A stretch of 41,784 bases of DNA from positions 1 to 41,784 of the forward strand of contig JAYPJE010000037.1 in NCBI GenBank assembly GCA_038128265.1, given 5' to 3'. Below, piece after piece: positions 9,162 through 18,629 of the stretch. The stretch comes from Gemmatimonadota bacterium (GTDB lineage: Bacteria > Latescibacterota > UBA2968 > UBA8231). Under the pieces are notes generated by a model. It was not told the DNA's origin. It saw nothing but the letters and a program-made list of their open reading frames with translations, and ran no database searches. A program made the position numbers and the translations under genes. Within the stretch, counting starts at the first letter, position 1, and each line of letters starts with the position of its first letter.

Positions 9162-9932
9162 CTATTCCCCGCCGCTTCCCTCTTCGCCAGACGGCCGCAT
9201 CGACGGCGGCAAGAACACCGAGAGTTTGGCTTCGACGATGCGCGGGTTGTCGCCCTGCTGAATCGCCATAATCCCCTCAATAATCATCTGCTTGGAGAGG
9301 ATTTCCTTTTTGGAATAGGTCTTTAGTTTGGATGCGATCGGATCCAAAAACACGTTCGCCAGTATGGATCCATAGAGCGTAGTCAGTAGAGCAATGGCCA
9401 TACCCGGACCAATAGCGGCCGGATCGTCCATATTTTTGAGCATGATTACCAGTCCCACTAGGGTACCAATCATACCAAACGCCGGTGCCGTAGTCGCCAT
9501 GCGCGAAATAATATCTCCGCCCGCATTGTGGCGCTCTTCGACATAGCGCAGTTCGGTCTCGAGGATATCCATGATGAGGTCGGGTTCGGTTCCGTCAACG
9601 GCGAGGCGAATACCGCTACTGAGGAAGGCATCGTCGGCCTCTTCAACCGCCTGTTCGAGGGCCAGAATACCCTCGCGGCGCGCCGTCTCGGCGAAGCCCA
9701 CAATTTTCTCTATGAGTTCATTAGGCGAGGAAGCCGTAGTCTTTATCGACTTCATGTAGATGCCTATTATGCCGATGACCTCGGGCAGCGGATTGGCTAT
9801 CAGCGTCGCAGCAATGGTACCCCCGATCACCATGATGGCGGACTGCGTGTCGATAAAAGCCGTCACATCGCCCATACCAATAAGGATCAGGGTCATGCCC
9901 GAAACCAACCCTATGATAGTTGCTATATCCAT
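9162..9932 (-). CDS. motA: Flagellar stator A subunit (MotA/PomA)
   Basis: ARREGILALE, PAFGMIGTLVGL, ALLTTLYG and GDNPR. Confidence 0.95.
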   Translation of the reverse strand: MDIATIIGLVSGMTLILIGMGDVTAFIDTQSAIMVIGGTIAATLIANPLPEVIGIIGIYMKSIKTTASSPNELIEKIVGFAETARREGILALEQAVEEADDAFLSSGIRLAVDGTEPDLIMDILETELRYVEERHNAGGDIISRMATTAPAFGMIGTLVGLVIMLKNMDDPAAIGPGMAIALLTTLYGSILANVFLDPIASKLKTYSKKEILSKQMIIEGIMAIQQGDNPRIVEAKLSVFLPPSMRPSGEEGSGGE

Positions 9933-9946
9933 TATGCACTCGGTCC

Positions 9947-10150
9947 CTATGAAGTGCCGCTAAACAAAGGTTCGTTGCACGACCGCTTGTACTCAACGAC
10001 TCGGTTAATAATCAGATCTACGGGCTCTGTAACCATGACTTTTTTGCCGGAAACCAGCGAAATCAGCGTATCGGGCGTCTCTTCGACAAACTCGATCATA
10101 TCGGCGTTGATAACGACTTCGCGCTGGTTAAGACGAGTCAATTTGATCAT
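9947..10150 (-). CDS. flbD: Flagellar protein FlbD/SwrD family
   Basis: MIKLTRLN, INADMIEFVEETPDTLISL and GKKVMVTE; canonical flgE-flbD-motA order. Confidence 0.92.
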   Translation of the reverse strand: MIKLTRLNQREVVINADMIEFVEETPDTLISLVSGKKVMVTEPVDLIINRVVEYKRSCNEPLFSGTS

Positions 10151-10200
10151 AGTAGAACCTCGATCTCAGTAGGTATTAGCGGTTATACGTCAAATATAAC

Positions 10201-12174
10201 TTACCGCTTTAAATTGACCACTTCGGTTAGCAGCTCGTCTGAAGTGGTAATACTGCGCGCACTGGCCTGAAAACCGCGCTGAGTGACAATCATATTGGTA
10301 AACTCGGCGGCCAGATCCACATTGGACATTTCAACCTGTCCCGATCGAATGCTGCCCTGCACCGTGCTTTCGGCCGCACCAATCACGGCCTCGCCAGAGG
10401 CTTCGGACTGAACGAACATATTGCTGCCCATGCGCATCAAGCCATCGGCATTGCCGAACGACGCCAGCGAAACCCGTCCCATATTTTCCGAAGTGCCGTT
10501 GCTAAACAGACCCACGATGTTACCGTCGGGTTGGAAATTGACGGAGATCAGCGACCCCGAAGCCCGCCCGTCCTGCTCGCGCACCGATGCAGAAGAAGAG
10601 GCGACAAACTGCGTCAGACCACCTAATCGATCCGTGCTATCAGCCCCGACGTCGATTCGCAACAGCGGCGTGCCTTCGCCAGGCTGAAAGACGATGGGCG
10701 ACTTGTCTGCCGACTCAAAAGAGCGCAGCGTGCCGTCTTCGTTAAAAATGACTTTGCCGTTGTTGCCAGCTTGCGGAGTCAGCCCGTCTACGGTAGCGAC
10801 CCAACTCCACTCGTTGTCTACAACGCCTCGAGTAAAGTTGAGCGTCAACGAATGAGCATTGCCCTTCTCGTCAAAGACCTGGGTGTTCGTGCTGAATTCA
10901 TACGGTGGCTCATCGCCGTAAATACCCGATCCCACGCCCGAGTCGAGCAAGGTGAGATTGATATCGAAACCGACAATGCGGTCCTGGGTAATTGTGTCGG
11001 TAAGGATGAGTTGGCCGGTCTCGGGATCGAGTCCCGCATCGACGCCACCGTATATATTGCTGACCGCCGTCAACAGCTGTTCGATCGTATCGCTAACCCC
11101 TGTTTCAAACGTGAATCGTCCGTCAAAGCGCTCGCCGTTGGGCTTCACTCCGGTAAAGCGGATGACATCGCCATCCGTCAAATCGGCGCCAACGTTGGAC
11201 AAGTCATTTATCAAATCGATATCCGCTGCTTTCTGGCCCGTTTCGGACACATCAGCGGTAAAGCCTAGCCGCGAGGCTACATTCACTTCGGGGTCGGCGT
11301 TGTCGACTTTGATCGACACTTGGTCACCCCCTTCGACAGTGCGCAGAATGAGTTCGCCCAATTCGTTGGTTTTAAAGAGGACCTTGTTTTTTAGCGCGCC
11401 GTTGATGCTGATCTGCGAGTTGAGTTCGGCCACGAGTTCAAGGCGATCGGCATACGACTTGGCGGGTATATTAAGCGTGCTCTCTGTCACCTCTCCACCC
11501 GACGTAATTGTCACCTTTAAGCCCGCTTCGTTCAAATCCGTCAGGTCGAGCGGAAAACCGGGATTGGGGCTGCTAGTCAGGCGTGCTGGCAGGCCAAACA
11601 GCGTTCGGCTAGTCCATACGGGAGCGCCCATATCGCTGCCGCTGGCATCGAGGTTGCCCGACAGGCGAATGCTGGTCGTAGCCACCGCTTCCGACTCGCG
11701 GTCGAGCGGTATGATGAGATCTTCTACTTCCGACTTAAACGTGCCGTCGGCGTTGGCGAGGTTGCCCTGCACGACAAAGCCGCTGCCCGGGTCGTATAGC
11801 CTGCCATTGACGTCAAAGGCAAAGGTTCCATCGCGCGAAAAAAGGCGCTGGTTGCCGTCGCTGACGATAAAGTACCCGTCGCCCTCCACGGCCAAGTCCG
11901 TCTCAATACCCGTCGTCTGCAGCGTGCCCTGCTGCTGAATGGTATCGATGCTGCTCACCCCCACACCCAGCCCAGACTGACTCGGATTGGTTGCAGCAAT
12001 TTGCGCGCGCTGCGGCCCCCCTCCGTAGAGCGTCTTGCTCATGACGTCGGCAAAGTTGGCACGCTCGCCCTTATACCCGGTCGTATTGACGTTGGCAATG
12101 TTGTTACTAATGACATTCATGCGCGTTTGATGACTGCTCACGCCCGTGATGCCTATGTAAATCGAATCCAGCAT
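10201..12174 (-). CDS. flgE: Flagellar hook protein FlgE (long form, about 657 aa)
   Basis: NNIANVNTTGYK, DLAVEGDGYFIV, RDGTF and EMSNVDLAAEFTNMIVTQRGFQA. Start placed at ATG 12174 (AGGGG RBS). Confidence 0.95.
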   Translation of the reverse strand: MLDSIYIGITGVSSHQTRMNVISNNIANVNTTGYKGERANFADVMSKTLYGGGPQRAQIAATNPSQSGLGVGVSSIDTIQQQGTLQTTGIETDLAVEGDGYFIVSDGNQRLFSRDGTFAFDVNGRLYDPGSGFVVQGNLANADGTFKSEVEDLIIPLDRESEAVATTSIRLSGNLDASGSDMGAPVWTSRTLFGLPARLTSSPNPGFPLDLTDLNEAGLKVTITSGGEVTESTLNIPAKSYADRLELVAELNSQISINGALKNKVLFKTNELGELILRTVEGGDQVSIKVDNADPEVNVASRLGFTADVSETGQKAADIDLINDLSNVGADLTDGDVIRFTGVKPNGERFDGRFTFETGVSDTIEQLLTAVSNIYGGVDAGLDPETGQLILTDTITQDRIVGFDINLTLLDSGVGSGIYGDEPPYEFSTNTQVFDEKGNAHSLTLNFTRGVVDNEWSWVATVDGLTPQAGNNGKVIFNEDGTLRSFESADKSPIVFQPGEGTPLLRIDVGADSTDRLGGLTQFVASSSASVREQDGRASGSLISVNFQPDGNIVGLFSNGTSENMGRVSLASFGNADGLMRMGSNMFVQSEASGEAVIGAAESTVQGSIRSGQVEMSNVDLAAEFTNMIVTQRGFQASARSITTSDELLTEVVNLKR

Positions 12175-12303
12175 ATCCCCTGCTCCTCTACCTGCCAACG
12201 CAGTTGGCTAGTGGGTAGGTTGACGCCCATCCGGAGCACACCTCCCATTGCCGCGCATCCCATCCCATGGGCTGCGCTCGACGCTTAGTAACGCCTAGTG
12301 TAT

Positions 12304-12978
12304 TTAGTTTGAACCCGCTAGCACCCCACGCACATCCCCGAGCGTCAGCTCGCGCCCACCTGCCCACAGGTAGGACTCCCCTTCGCCATAGCGAACCGCC
12401 TCGACGCGCACGCGCTGAAGCGCTTCGGCTGCCACCGGCGCCCCGCCAACCCCTTCAGCCGAAACCACTACGCGATACGCTCCTTGAGGCACGCGGCTTC
12501 CCGACTCGCTCTTGCCGTCCCATTCGACGCGACCATGCGTTTGGGAAAGGTCTAAATCAAACTGGCGCACCAGCTGCCCGCGCGCATCGAGCACACTCAG
12601 CGTTGCGCTGCGCGCCCCCGGCCCCAAGCCGTAGCTTATCTCCGTCGTATCGCCGTAGAATCCCACCTGATTTGTCGCCACTTCGACATCCTTGCCCACC
12701 AGCGAGGTCACGAGATTGTTGGCAAACGCGGTGTGCAAACCGCTTTCGTCGCTCTGATTACTCGTCAGCGTCTGGTTGATGTTCTGCAGCTGCTCAAGCG
12801 AAGTAAACTGCGCCATCTGCGCAATAAACTCCGTATTTTCGAGCGGATTGAGCGGGTCCTGATAGCGCAGCTGCATCGTCAACAGCTGCAAGAAATCGTC
12901 TTTGCCCAGCTGTGCACGCGGTGCATCCGCTCCGTTAGACGGGGTTTTCTGCGGGTTGGTAATGCTGCTAATATTCAT
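12304..12978 (-). CDS. flgD: Flagellar hook-capping protein FlgD
   Basis: [33 protein letters not shown] and an Ig domain with WDGK. Confidence 0.96.
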   Translation of the reverse strand: MNISSITNPQKTPSNGADAPRAQLGKDDFLQLLTMQLRYQDPLNPLENTEFIAQMAQFTSLEQLQNINQTLTSNQSDESGLHTAFANNLVTSLVGKDVEVATNQVGFYGDTTEISYGLGPGARSATLSVLDARGQLVRQFDLDLSQTHGRVEWDGKSESGSRVPQGAYRVVVSAEGVGGAPVAAEALQRVRVEAVRYGEGESYLWAGGRELTLGDVRGVLAGSN

Positions 12979-12997
12979 AGCCTAGCCTATTCCCTTC

Positions 12998-14053
12998 TTA
13001 TGCCGTGAAATCCACGTCGCCACTGTCGGGCCTGCGCGCTGGAGCCGGAGCCGATGCCGTATCCGCCGGCGACTCCCGCGTACCAGTTCCATTGGACTGA
13101 GCCTGGGCCCCTTCGCCCTGACCTTCGCCCCGTTCGGCAAAAGCCGAGTGGTCGCCGACGTCAACGCTAAACCCCTGTAGATCCAATCCCTCTTCGGCCA
13201 GAGCCGCACGCAGGCGACCTACGTGTTGCTCTAGCAGTTGCTTGACTTCAGGATTGGTCACCACGAACTCACCGCGCACTGCAGCCTCTGCCGTGCGCAC
13301 TCTCAGCTCAATTTCGCCCAGATCGGCCGGCTGCAGCTGCAGGCGCATCTCCGCTCCACCGCCGCGCACGAGCGCGGCCACGCTGCGTATAACCTGAGGC
13401 AGCACGCTCTCGGCGAGCTCTTCCATCACGGGCGCTTGGCTGCCCGCAGCCTGAACAATGCGCGTCACGATTTGTTCCGTTCCCTTTTCGACCGTCAAAT
13501 CGGGGTCCATTAGCTCGACTACGTTGAGCAGCTCCAGCGGATTGTCTGCTCGAACGGCCGAAGCGCCATTAACTGCCGTCGGCGATTCGACTTCGGCGGC
13601 ATCGAGCTCTACGGTATCTACGTTCATTTCGTCCACTTCGGCATCGGCCGGAGGCGTCTCGACTTCCAACCAATCGGGGCCATCGCTATCGACGGCAATG
13701 CCTTCCTCAGCATTCTCTTCTTCCTCGCTATGCTGCATCCCCTGTTGGGCCAGCAGCGCCACGGAGGCCCCTGACTCGGCATTTTCTTCCGCCTCTTGCT
13801 CATCCTGTTCCAACGGACGTCCTTCGCCATCGGATGCTTCATCCATCGGCTCTGCCCTTTCATCGGGCTGGGCTCTCTCGCCTACGCCGCGGGCCGATCG
13901 AGCGGGAGAAGCCGTCGGCGCTACGGCGACCTGCTCTTTCTCCGCCTGCTGCAGGAAACCAGCAAAATCCAAACCAAACGACGCACCCTTTGCCGAACTC
14001 GACGACATTTTGTCTGCAACGGGGGCCGATCTACCCCCCACTAACTCAAGCAT
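12998..14053 (-). CDS. fliK: Flagellar hook-length control protein FliK
   Basis: Acidic disordered N-part and a C-terminal T3S4 domain (LQLQPADLGEIEL, LRAALAEEGL). Start placed at ATG 14053 (AGGAG RBS, overlapping the fliJ stop). Confidence 0.88.
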   Translation of the reverse strand: MLELVGGRSAPVADKMSSSSAKGASFGLDFAGFLQQAEKEQVAVAPTASPARSARGVGERAQPDERAEPMDEASDGEGRPLEQDEQEAEENAESGASVALLAQQGMQHSEEEENAEEGIAVDSDGPDWLEVETPPADAEVDEMNVDTVELDAAEVESPTAVNGASAVRADNPLELLNVVELMDPDLTVEKGTEQIVTRIVQAAGSQAPVMEELAESVLPQVIRSVAALVRGGGAEMRLQLQPADLGEIELRVRTAEAAVRGEFVVTNPEVKQLLEQHVGRLRAALAEEGLDLQGFSVDVGDHSAFAERGEGQGEGAQAQSNGTGTRESPADTASAPAPARRPDSGDVDFTA

Positions 14054-14531
14054 GTCCGCGCTCCTCTGCCTCCAACTCGGCGCGCTCGTTCCCTCGCCGC
14101 GCGTAGAGCTGCTCTCCAATTTCGTCCAGTTGAATCCGTTCCTGGCGATTGGCTTCGCGCCGATGTGCTTCCTCGGCGCGCTCTCTTAATACTTCATACA
14201 CGCGGCGTTCGCGCGTCGCTTCAGCCAGCTTCTGCCGCTTGTTCTCTGCAATGGCTTCAATCTTGCGCACGTGCTGCTGTTGCTCATCGATTTCGCGCTC
14301 CAATCGCTGGGCATAGCTAGCGCCAATGCCCAGCAGGCCGGCATTTACGGGCTGCGCTGCAGCAAATCCACCCATATGTCGATAGGCGCTTTGGGTCGAG
14401 CGCATGGCCGATAGCTGGTCGACTTCGCGGTTCAGGGCAGCCAAAACCTCGCCTAACTCTGCACGGCGCGCATCTTCCACGCGCTCTTTGATTTCCAAAA
14501 TTCGCTGAAAGCGAAAGGTAAATCGCTTCAC
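14046..14531 (-). CDS. fliJ: Flagellar export protein FliJ
   Basis: KRFTFRFQRILEIKE N-terminus, coiled coil and ERIQLDE; follows fliI. Confidence 0.92.
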   Translation of the reverse strand: MKRFTFRFQRILEIKERVEDARRAELGEVLAALNREVDQLSAMRSTQSAYRHMGGFAAAQPVNAGLLGIGASYAQRLEREIDEQQQHVRKIEAIAENKRQKLAEATRERRVYEVLRERAEEAHRREANRQERIQLDEIGEQLYARRGNERAELEAEERGHA

Positions 14532-14550
14532 GGTATTAACGATTCCTTAG

Positions 14551-15897
14551 CTAGGCTGGCTGCTGGTCAGGCTGCTCGGCCATGATGCCCATCAGGCGGC
14601 GTACGTTCTGGTCGAATCCCTCGATGCCCACCCCGCTCTCTAACCCCTGGCGCAGGTATTCGTTTATCGGTTCGATATACTGCAGCGAGCGATCGATGCG
14701 CGGATTGCTGCCGCGCGCGTAGGCGCCAATATTGATCAGGTCTTCGGCTTCTGTATAGGCAGCCATAGAGGATTTAACGTCCATCGCCCGCTGCCAGTGA
14801 GCATCGCTCGTCACGTCTTTCATAACGCGACTCACGCTTTCCATCACGTCAATGGGCGGGTAGTGTCCGCGTGAGGCCAAGCGGCGCGACAGCACTAGGT
14901 GGCCGTCGAGAATGGCGCGGGAAGCATCGGCGATCGGCTCATCCATATCGTCGCCTTCGACCAGCACGGTGTAAAAACCGGTGATACTGCCGCGGCTCGT
15001 CATGCCCGCGCGCTCCAATAGGCGCGGCAGGAGCGCAAACACGGACGGCGTATATCCGCGCGTTGTCGGCGGCTCGCCCGCCGCCAGGCCAATCTCGCGC
15101 TGCGCCATCGCTACGCGAGTCAGCGAGTCCATCATCAGAATCACATCTTTGCCCTCGTCGCGAAAATACTCGGCGATCGCCGTTGCAACAAAAGCTGCTT
15201 TTAGCCGGACGAGCGCCGGCTGATCGGACGTTGCGACGACGACGACGGAGCGCTGAAGGCCCTCCGGACCCAGGCTATCCTCGAGAAAGTCAAGCACCTC
15301 TTTGCCGCGCTCACCTACCAGTGCGATGACGTTGACGTCGGCCTCAGAGTGGCGCGCAATCATGCCCATTAGCGTGCTCTTGCCAACGCCGCTGCCAGCG
15401 AAGATACCCATGCGCTGCCCCTTGCCGCAGCTGACTAGTCCATCGAGTGCACGCACGCCCGTTCCCAACGCATCGCGCACGCGCCGGCGCCCCAGCGGGT
15501 CCGGCGGATCGGCGTGCACACTGCGCCGCTCTTCGGCGTGTATAACGCCCTCGCCATCGATGGGATTGCCCAAGCCGTCGAGCACGCGCCCGCGCAGGCC
15601 GTGCCCCACGGGCACGTAGAGCGAAGTCCGCGCCGGAAAAACACCCGTGCCCGGACGTATACCTTCTACCTGACCCAGCGGCATAAGCAGCACTTTGCGA
15701 CCGCGAAAACCCACCACTTCGGCGCGCACGTGGTCGCCCTCTGGGTCGCCCAAATAGCATAGCTCACCCAGCGCCACGTCGGGCGGCCCAATCGCTTCGA
15801 CTACGAGGCCAACGATATCGCTTACCTTGCCGTAGTGCACCAGCGGATCGATGCGTTCGACAGTGCTCAGCAGATTGGCGCTATTCACTTTCGGCAC
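14551..15897 (-). CDS. fliI: Flagellar export ATPase FliI
   Basis: Walker A GSGVGKS, GERGKEV, DSLTR and LLERAG. Confidence 0.98.
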   Translation of the reverse strand: MPKVNSANLLSTVERIDPLVHYGKVSDIVGLVVEAIGPPDVALGELCYLGDPEGDHVRAEVVGFRGRKVLLMPLGQVEGIRPGTGVFPARTSLYVPVGHGLRGRVLDGLGNPIDGEGVIHAEERRSVHADPPDPLGRRRVRDALGTGVRALDGLVSCGKGQRMGIFAGSGVGKSTLMGMIARHSEADVNVIALVGERGKEVLDFLEDSLGPEGLQRSVVVVATSDQPALVRLKAAFVATAIAEYFRDEGKDVILMMDSLTRVAMAQREIGLAAGEPPTTRGYTPSVFALLPRLLERAGMTSRGSITGFYTVLVEGDDMDEPIADASRAILDGHLVLSRRLASRGHYPPIDVMESVSRVMKDVTSDAHWQRAMDVKSSMAAYTEAEDLINIGAYARGSNPRIDRSLQYIEPINEYLRQGLESGVGIEGFDQNVRRLMGIMAEQPDQQPA

Positions 15898-16690
15898 CCT
15901 CCTGCTCTTCCCGCTCGTCGCGCTCTTCGTCTAGCACGGCCGCGCGCAGGGCCTCGTGCATAATCTTTAGTTGCTCTTCCAGGCGCGCATCGACGTTTTC
16001 CTCGCGGCCCTCGACCATGCAGCCACCGCGCGCTACGTGCGCACTCGTGCGCACCTTCAATACGGCATCCGCGTCGACCTTTGCCACCCAGCGCTCGACG
16101 TAGCGCTGGGCAATGGCCAAATCGTCCGGATGCACTTTGATCTCCAAATTGCTCCGCTCGCTCATATGCGCTAGAGCGCTGCGCACGACCTGCAGGAATG
16201 CCTTGGGATTGGCCACGACCTGAATGCCGATAATGCGACGAGCCAGCGCCACGGCTAGATCGACCACGGCCACTTCCGACTCAACGAGTATCTGCGTGCG
16301 CTCGTCGACCATGGACTGATGCAGGCGCTCCATGCGCGCGATGGCTTCGTTGACCTCTTCTTCGCGCTGTGCAACCCCGTCCTGCACACCCTCTTCATAG
16401 CGCTGGGCATGCAGCGCCTCGCGCTCGCTGTCCCAGCCAGCCTGAGCTTCTTGAAAGCGCTTATCGCCCTCTCCCCGCACGTAGGCTACCTCCTGCTGCA
16501 TTTTCTCTTCCCACCCCGCATCGAGCTCGCTTTTTATTTCGGCAGCGCGTTGCGCTATCAGGTCGCCGATACCCATCTCCTCTACGCTCTTTTCCTTTTC
16601 CTCGTCGGTCCCCACGTAGAGGTCGCGCTCGGCTTGGCCCACTGTCACCGCGGGTCCAACAAAGCGCGCCGTGCGAATAACCTTAGACAA
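15881..16690 (-). CDS. fliH: Flagellar assembly protein FliH
   Basis: YEEGVQDG repeats, VHPDDL and GGCMVE; upstream of fliI; TTG start with RBS. Confidence 0.9.
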   Translation of the reverse strand: MSKVIRTARFVGPAVTVGQAERDLYVGTDEEKEKSVEEMGIGDLIAQRAAEIKSELDAGWEEKMQQEVAYVRGEGDKRFQEAQAGWDSEREALHAQRYEEGVQDGVAQREEEVNEAIARMERLHQSMVDERTQILVESEVAVVDLAVALARRIIGIQVVANPKAFLQVVRSALAHMSERSNLEIKVHPDDLAIAQRYVERWVAKVDADAVLKVRTSAHVARGGCMVEGREENVDARLEEQLKIMHEALRAAVLDEERDEREEQEGAESE

Positions 16691-16759
16691 AATGGACTCC
16701 CCTTCCTCCGTTTTGATGTATAGCGCATACTACAAGGGGAAATATACTAAAGTGGTCCA

Positions 16760-18277
16760 TTATGCTTCTTCATCCATGAGCATTGTTCGTATCAGCTTAG
16801 CCGCATCTTCAGGCCGCTCGCGCACCATTTGTTGCACCCTGCCGAGTATGATTTCGTGCGGCGTCTCCGCCCGCTCAAACTCTTCTTCCTCGACGTCGGT
16901 CGACACTTCGCCAAGCACCTCGAGCTCTTCCTCAACGCCAACGCCACGGCCAATAGCCTGGATGATAAAACGCAGCGTGATAAGGGCTGCAATAATACCG
17001 AGTATCTTGGCTACGTTGATGGCGATATCGGTCCAGAACTCCTGGCGCTCCTGATCCTGCTGTGCTTCGCGGGCGCGAATTTCCTGCGTCTTATCAAACG
17101 CCATCGGATAAACTGTAACGACATCCCCGCGCTCCTGGTCCAATCCAATAGCGTCTTCGGCCAGTTCAGCGAGCTTGGAGATTTCGTCGGCCGGGCGATC
17201 TTCTTCCACGTAATTTCCCTGAGGATCAATAATCACCTTGGTCTTGTCGATGGTCAGCGCCATGGAAATGCGCTTCACCGATCCGACCGATCCGACGATA
17301 TTTTGAATTGTTTCGTTTACTTCGTAGTTGCGAATCGCCTGCTCTTCAGTGCCTTTTTCCGCCGAGCTGGTCTCCTGCGTCTCCTCGCTAATGACCACCT
17401 GCGAAGCGCCCGGCTCAACCAGTTTGCGCTGCGTTTGCGTCTGGTCAAAATCGAGCACCACGTTAATGCGAACGCGCGAGCGATCCTTGCCGATAACCTG
17501 GTCCATCAGCGTCTGCACTTTGTTCTGCAGCACGTTTTCTACCTGCTGCTGCATCTCAAACTGCTTGTTAGCCATTTTGACCAACGGATCTTTTTCTTCT
17601 GAAAGCAGGTTGCCCGCCCCATCGATGATAATCACGTTGGCCTGGTCCAGCCCTTCGACGCTGGCGCTGACCAAATAACCGATGGCATTGATGCGCTCAC
17701 GAGACAGCTTGACGTTGTTTTCCAGCGTAAGCGTAACCGACGCCGTTACGGGATTTTGCTCCTCTGTAAATAGGCTGGGTTCGGGAATAACTAAATGAAC
17801 GCGCACGGTGCGCACGCCTTCAATATTGCTTAGCGTCTCTTCGATCTCGGCCTGCAGGGCGCGCTGAAAATTGACCTTCTGCAGAAAATCCGTCATGGCC
17901 AACTGCGCTTCGTCGAAGATTTCGTAGCCGATCCGACCGCTCTTGGGATAGCCTTCCCCGGCCAGCTGAACGCGCAGTTCCATATAGCGATCCTGCGGTA
18001 CCAGAATGGCCGTGGCATCGCCGGTTAGACGGTGCGGCACTTCCATGCCGTGCAGGCGATTGCTAATTTCGGCGGCTTCGCCAAACTCCAAGTTCGAATA
18101 GAGAATGCGCCCCTCCCAATCGTCTTCGCCACCCGAGGTGAAAAAGAGCAGGAAGACGAGCAGACCTACAACGGCAACGACGCCGCCAATCGCTCCATAC
18201 TTCTGCACGGGGGGCGCTTCTTCCCACCATCCTTGAAAGCGCTCCGTTATACCCGATACCTGTGTAGACAAATTCAT
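16760..18277 (-). CDS. fliF: Flagellar MS-ring protein FliF
   Basis: GYEIFD, FQRALQAEIE, RVHLVIPEPSLF, TASVTL, two TM helices and C-terminal RPEDAAKLIRTML. Confidence 0.96.
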   Translation of the reverse strand: MNLSTQVSGITERFQGWWEEAPPVQKYGAIGGVVAVVGLLVFLLFFTSGGEDDWEGRILYSNLEFGEAAEISNRLHGMEVPHRLTGDATAILVPQDRYMELRVQLAGEGYPKSGRIGYEIFDEAQLAMTDFLQKVNFQRALQAEIEETLSNIEGVRTVRVHLVIPEPSLFTEEQNPVTASVTLTLENNVKLSRERINAIGYLVSASVEGLDQANVIIIDGAGNLLSEEKDPLVKMANKQFEMQQQVENVLQNKVQTLMDQVIGKDRSRVRINVVLDFDQTQTQRKLVEPGASQVVISEETQETSSAEKGTEEQAIRNYEVNETIQNIVGSVGSVKRISMALTIDKTKVIIDPQGNYVEEDRPADEISKLAELAEDAIGLDQERGDVVTVYPMAFDKTQEIRAREAQQDQERQEFWTDIAINVAKILGIIAALITLRFIIQAIGRGVGVEEELEVLGEVSTDVEEEEFERAETPHEIILGRVQQMVRERPEDAAKLIRTMLMDEEA

Positions 18278-18298
18278 CTGAGTATTCTCCGCAGGAAC

Positions 18299-18628
18299 TT
18301 ATACCTGCATGCGTATGAGTTCCTGATATCCCTCCAGAACTCGGTTGCGTATCTCTAGCATTAGGTCGCGGGCCACCCCCGCTTCCTCTACGGCGACCAT
18401 AACCTGGTGCACATCGGCCGCCTGGCCAGTCACCAACATGTCGATGGCGTGCCCCGCTTGGAACTGCAGATCATTGACGTCTTTCGCAAAGTCCTTTACC
18501 AAATCAGAAAAGTCCGGCCGCTCAACATCGCCGCTCAGCCGCATTTCACTCTGCGCGTTATTGGTCTGCACGCGCTGCGATCCCATCTCGCCGCGACCGC
18601 TAAAGTCGCGCACCATCGTCACGGCCAT
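18299..18628 (-). CDS. fliE: Flagellar hook-basal body protein FliE
   Basis: DVHQVMVA and EIRNRVLEGYQELIRMQV. Start placed at ATG 18628 (GGAGG RBS). Confidence 0.94.
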   Translation of the reverse strand: MAVTMVRDFSGRGEMGSQRVQTNNAQSEMRLSGDVERPDFSDLVKDFAKDVNDLQFQAGHAIDMLVTGQAADVHQVMVAVEEAGVARDLMLEIRNRVLEGYQELIRMQV

Positions 18629-18629
18629 T

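Noticed and set aside
16691..16759. fliG pseudogene remnant
   Set aside because: Only 69 bp, mostly the fliH RBS and AT-rich sequence, with no FliG-like peptide seen.
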